Source of the DNA: Candidatus Kapaibacterium sp.
GTDB lineage: Bacteria > Bacteroidota > Ignavibacteria > Kapaibacteriales > UBA2268
Direction of reading: 5' to 3'
Assembly: GCA_041675005.1 (NCBI GenBank)
Contig: JBAYUQ010000001.1
Location: forward strand, 66,235 to 130,234
Length of the DNA stretch: 64,000 nt
The notes beneath the pieces were generated by a model. The model did not search any database. It saw nothing but the letters and a program-made list of their open reading frames with translations, and was not told the DNA's origin. The position numbers and the translations under genes were made by a program. Shown one piece after another: positions 60,137 through 64,000 of the stretch. Numbering within the stretch: position 1 is the first letter of the stretch; each line of letters begins with the position of its first letter.

Positions 60137-60729
60137 AATCGCTAATCATATCGATTGCTTTTTTAACTATTACAAATATCAATTATGCTCAAGATAGTAC
60201 TATAGCCGTTCAATCAGAGATTAAAACGGCACCTCATTCCGATAATAACTATATGAGCAAATCCCCAAGCGAGGCACTTTGGAAATCTATTATTCCAGGA
60301 TGGGGTCAGTATTATAATGAAGAGTATTGGAAAGCTCCAATTTTGTTTGGTACTGCTGTTGGGTTGGGTGGTCTTATCTATTATTATAATAGCGAATTCA
60401 ATAGCTATAGAGACGAATTAGAAGCCGCTACGAGGACAGGCACGAAAATCCCAATTGACAATCCTGATAACCTCAGTGATACTTATTACCCAATAAAGAA
60501 AAGTGTACTCACAGATTTACAAATAAGACAACTTAAAGCTAATAAAGAGTTGAATAGAGATAATAGAGATATGATGGCTTTCTACTTGCTTGGAGTATAT
60601 GTTATATCAGCCGTAGATGCTTATGTGGGTGCTCATCTTTATGATTTCAATGTAGATGATGAGTTGTCTTACAAAATGAACGTGAACAAGTTCGGATACC
60701 CCGAATTTGCACTTAGCTATTCCTTTTAA
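60130..60729 (+). CDS. DUF5683-domain protein (Bacteroidota-type).
   Basis: Signal peptide; S..PGWGQ.YN..YWKAP.....GL... motif. Confidence 0.6.
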   Translation: MLKSLIISIAFLTITNINYAQDSTIAVQSEIKTAPHSDNNYMSKSPSEALWKSIIPGWGQYYNEEYWKAPILFGTAVGLGGLIYYYNSEFNSYRDELEAATRTGTKIPIDNPDNLSDTYYPIKKSVLTDLQIRQLKANKELNRDNRDMMAFYLLGVYVISAVDAYVGAHLYDFNVDDELSYKMNVNKFGYPEFALSYSF

Positions 60730-63538
60730 CTACAACTATCGTCATATCATCAAATTGCTCCATTTCACCAGTGAAGCTTTGTACTCTACGTAGTATGTTA
60801 TTCTTAATTTCATCAGCTGATTGGCTACTATATATACTAAGCATTCTGATTATTTCCTTTTCATCGAACTCATTTCCACCACTATCTCTGGTCTCCAAAA
60901 TACCATCTGTGATGAATAATAATACATCACCAGGATTGAAATCAATTACTACTTCTTCTAATATATCAGAAAATTTAGCTCCGTTGCCGAATCCAAGCAT
61001 TATGCCATTTGGTTTAAGGTTTTCTACTCGATCTTCTTTACTATTGTAAAAATAAAGTGGTAAGTGCCCAGCTCTTGAGATTGTCACAGTTTGAGTATCT
61101 AAATCAATAAATGCACTTGTAGCTGTAACAAAAGACCTATTGTCCATACTATCGCTTATAAGGGTATTGGTTCTGACTAATAGTTCTTTGGGCTTCAAAT
61201 CAAATTCGTGAAGTGTACGCATTATACCTTGAATCTTGGACATATATAATGCCGCCGAAGTTCCTTTCCCGCTTACGTCACCTATTACTATTGTTACTGC
61301 GTTAGATTTACCATTCAAATAATCATAAAAATCTCCACCTACTTCTAGTGCTGGTATAGATACACCAGCTATATCAAGTCCGGAAATATCTGGTGTTTTG
61401 ATAGGAAGCGAAGCTAATTGGATACCACGTGCAATCTCTAATTCGTGTCTGAATCTCTCTTGTTTAGCCAAATCTTCATAAAGCAATGAGTTCTCTATAG
61501 CTACAGACGCTTGACCCGAAATAGCTGATAAGAATAGTAAATCATCATTATGATAAGCCGTTTCAGAAAGTTTCTCACCAACGAATATTATCCCGATTAA
61601 GTCATCTTTCGACCAAATAGGCGTTAAGTATTGGAACTTGAATTCACGGAGTACTATCCTCTGTGCATCTGGCAAATAATCAACTGGAACACTATCCGAA
61701 TAGTTCTTTAAACTCATGTGCAGCTTTCCATTAACAGCAGAGATATATTCTGTTAATGTATCATCATTGAATCCAGCAAACCTCTGTGATACTAAATGGC
61801 CGTCTTTGAAAAGTAGTAAACCAGCTCTTTTAGTTTGTATCATATCTAGCAACCTATTCAAAAAGAATTTGCTGAATTGGTCAGGATTAAAACTCTTTGA
61901 ATTGAGCTTGCTAAATTCTTTTGCAGCTTGTCTAAAATCTGATTTAGATCTATAGAATTTATGATTAATTTTCTCTTGTATTACTTTTGCAACGTTCCAT
62001 AATAATATAGCAATTGACATAGAAAGTAAGACTATCAATATCTTCTCATAAAGGTCATGCATTTCAGGGCTTAATGGGTTTTTAAGAACTTCAATAGATG
62101 TACCAGAGAAATGTAGATTTGGTATTTCCCATTGTATTGAGGAAAGTAAGTATATAAACAATATTACTACTGATGTGTAAACCAAATAAAGCCCTGAGCT
62201 TACTAGTAAATACTGGTAATTTCTTTTTAATCTGATATTTAAGTCAAATACCCTGTACAACCCTACCGAGACCATATAAGAAACAGGGATTAGAAGCAGA
62301 GAACCGTAGATTAGCTCTCTGAGTTTGAAATAACCAAATTGGAAAAGTATAGATTGTACAACTATCACAAAGAAAACTAGAGTATAAGTAAACCGAATTA
62401 ATCTACCCTTTTTCCAATCCTTTTTGTTTATTGATTTTCTATGGATTAGATTCGTTAGGAATATGAATATAGCCATTATAATCAAAAATATGAGGAACAA
62501 GGAGTTAGAAATAAATTCTAATGTCCTAATATCAATCAAATTAATCCAAAATTCATAGTAGATACCCACTTGGAATAGAAAAAACACCCCCGCAATAACA
62601 TAAGGAGTAATAATAGTATATTTATTCTCGGTTAACCCTACCAAATGTCGTGGAAAGTATTTCAAACTATGTAGAATCAGTGGGATAGATACGAACATTG
62701 CAAAATTTGCAAAATTGAGTAAAAAATGATCGAATACATTATCAATAGAACTCAGCCCAACTATCCCGAGAGTAGATACTAATCCAAACATAACTAGTGA
62801 TAGCGAAGTAATCCTAGCTCCTCTTATTCTCGGACGCTTGATACCAATTATCTCACCTAGAAATATCAGAAACATACCACAAATCATCATTAATAATTGC
62901 GATAGATTTATACCAAATTTGGGCAAAGTAAGATGCTTATTGAATACTTTTCCATTTCGGTTTATCAGATATTCTATGTTGCTGCCGGAACGACTACTTT
63001 TTATAATTCGGTCTGCTTGCTGCACACTGGTGAATGTCTGACCATTGATTTCTAATACTATATCACCACTTCTCAAACCAGCTCTATCTGAAACTCCTTC
63101 AGGGAAAACATAAGTTATAATAACTGATGATTTTAGATTTTCTAGGTAAAAGTTATCTAAATCACTAGAGGGAATTCTTATTGTTTGAACTTCTTGACTA
63201 TTGAAATTTGCTATTTCTAAAGATATACTACTCTCAGCATTCTTTCTTTTTTCTAATATATCGTATTGGTTAGTTACACTATCCAATGAAATATTATCGA
63301 TAGCAACTATAAAGCTGCCTACGAATGCTGTATCATAGTATTTACGTTTGCTGTAATCATCGAATTCGCCCTTGAGTTTTGATATATAAATATCTGAAGG
63401 AGGGGAAATAAATAAATTCTCATCACTAACTGTGGTAGCCAGTTTTACAAAATAGAATGTCCCCAGTAAAACGAAGCAAAAGCTTAGTACTGATATGAAA
63501 ATCTGATAGTAAATTGGATTCTTATCCCAATAGCTCAC
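60713..63538 (-). CDS. Multidomain PP2C (SpoIIE/RsbU-type) serine phosphatase: N-terminal TM, PDZ, polytopic membrane region, GAF and PP2C domains.
   Basis: PDZ motif ...GLRSGDIVLEING...; ~8 TM helices; GAF region; C-terminal ...GDVSGKG..AAL... / ..TDGILE... phosphatase motifs. Confidence 0.75.
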   Translation of the reverse strand: MSYWDKNPIYYQIFISVLSFCFVLLGTFYFVKLATTVSDENLFISPPSDIYISKLKGEFDDYSKRKYYDTAFVGSFIVAIDNISLDSVTNQYDILEKRKNAESSISLEIANFNSQEVQTIRIPSSDLDNFYLENLKSSVIITYVFPEGVSDRAGLRSGDIVLEINGQTFTSVQQADRIIKSSRSGSNIEYLINRNGKVFNKHLTLPKFGINLSQLLMMICGMFLIFLGEIIGIKRPRIRGARITSLSLVMFGLVSTLGIVGLSSIDNVFDHFLLNFANFAMFVSIPLILHSLKYFPRHLVGLTENKYTIITPYVIAGVFFLFQVGIYYEFWINLIDIRTLEFISNSLFLIFLIIMAIFIFLTNLIHRKSINKKDWKKGRLIRFTYTLVFFVIVVQSILFQFGYFKLRELIYGSLLLIPVSYMVSVGLYRVFDLNIRLKRNYQYLLVSSGLYLVYTSVVILFIYLLSSIQWEIPNLHFSGTSIEVLKNPLSPEMHDLYEKILIVLLSMSIAILLWNVAKVIQEKINHKFYRSKSDFRQAAKEFSKLNSKSFNPDQFSKFFLNRLLDMIQTKRAGLLLFKDGHLVSQRFAGFNDDTLTEYISAVNGKLHMSLKNYSDSVPVDYLPDAQRIVLREFKFQYLTPIWSKDDLIGIIFVGEKLSETAYHNDDLLFLSAISGQASVAIENSLLYEDLAKQERFRHELEIARGIQLASLPIKTPDISGLDIAGVSIPALEVGGDFYDYLNGKSNAVTIVIGDVSGKGTSAALYMSKIQGIMRTLHEFDLKPKELLVRTNTLISDSMDNRSFVTATSAFIDLDTQTVTISRAGHLPLYFYNSKEDRVENLKPNGIMLGFGNGAKFSDILEEVVIDFNPGDVLLFITDGILETRDSGGNEFDEKEIIRMLSIYSSQSADEIKNNILRRVQSFTGEMEQFDDMTIVVVKRNS

Positions 63539-63779
63539 TTTTATTATGCTGTTCAGTGATTATAATCTTAACAATTTAATCAAAAAAAATTAATTATTGA
63601 ATAGAAGTAGGGAATGATTAATCTATTAAATTTTGAATGTTCAATATAAATTCATTATTTTATCAAAATGCAAAGAAATATTATCATATTTTTTATTTTT
63701 ATAACCACTCTTTTTGTTGCCCATAGTCAATTAGAAAAGGATTTATGTTCTGAAATATTTAAATTCAATAAGGTGAAGT

Positions 63780-64000
63780 GATGACTATAACTGAACCAGA
63801 ATCCGCTATGGAGTATCCTATAAGTTTGCGATGCAATGGCGATTCAACTATGCTAACTCTATATGATAATTGTGTAGAATGTATAAAAGCTCTAGGACTA
63901 AAAGCTACATATTACGGAAGAGAAGCTGGTGGTAAAACATTAGCACTTTATGAAACAGATCCTCCTATAAATGATGCAACTGGAATGTACTCATGTCAAG
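63780..64000 (+). CDS. Hypothetical protein, 5' partial at the window edge.
   Basis: Open frame running to the window end; no recognised motif. Confidence 0.3.

Noticed and set aside
1-64000. Prophage, integron, CRISPR-Cas, toxin-antitoxin or restriction-modification islands.
   Set aside because: No integrase, recombinase, cas, methyltransferase or recognisable TA pair was found. The accessory character of the window comes from the secreted-protein cassette family, not from classical mobile elements.

Overview
This 64-kb window is AT-rich (roughly one-third GC by eye) and looks like chromosome from an FCB-group bacterium (Bacteroidota/Ignavibacteriota-like). Evidence for that placement: many type IX secretion (T9SS) C-terminal sorting domains, a DUF5683 protein, BatA-like VWA protein and a split-type glycine dehydrogenase subunit gcvPA. 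No rRNA, tRNA, CRISPR array, integrase or transposase was recognised. Most of the window is housekeeping genes: xth, a CorC/HlyC CBS transporter, recG, two tandem hotdog thioesterases, an ArsC/Spx-family protein, pyrC, map, pepE, a TetR-TolC-MFP-RND efflux operon, a MacAB-type ABC efflux operon, clpP, a fused 2-oxoacid dehydrogenase E1 alpha/beta, holB, trpS, priA, htrA, lptB, gcvPA, ftsB, a ROK kinase, ridA and a PDZ-GAF-PP2C phosphatase. The stand-out feature is a four-member family of two-gene cassettes at 112-3050, 43036-45486, 50402-53444 and 54194-57001. Each cassette encodes a small signal-peptide-bearing, cysteine-rich protein immediately followed, in a translationally coupled or near-coupled arrangement, by an Asp-box/BNR-type beta-propeller protein (recurring S/T-x-D-x-G-x-T/S-W motifs) that ends in a T9SS C-terminal sorting domain. 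Three cassettes are preceded by a conserved ~100-120 nt leader element containing inverted repeats, and three end in a near-identical GC hairpin terminator (AAAGGAGC...GCTCCTTTTT). The last two cassettes lie in a ~3.6-3.8 kb tandem duplication whose junction is still readable: a 54-codon chimeric ORF made of the first 11 codons of gcvPA fused to the last ~43 codons of lptB. Within that duplication the non-coding flanks are ~90% identical while the coding regions are strongly diverged. A pentanucleotide (ATTTT)n tract in the duplicated promoter-upstream region differs in length between the two copies (3 vs 8 units). Together these suggest a recombinationally active contingency-like locus of secreted, surface-targeted proteins.
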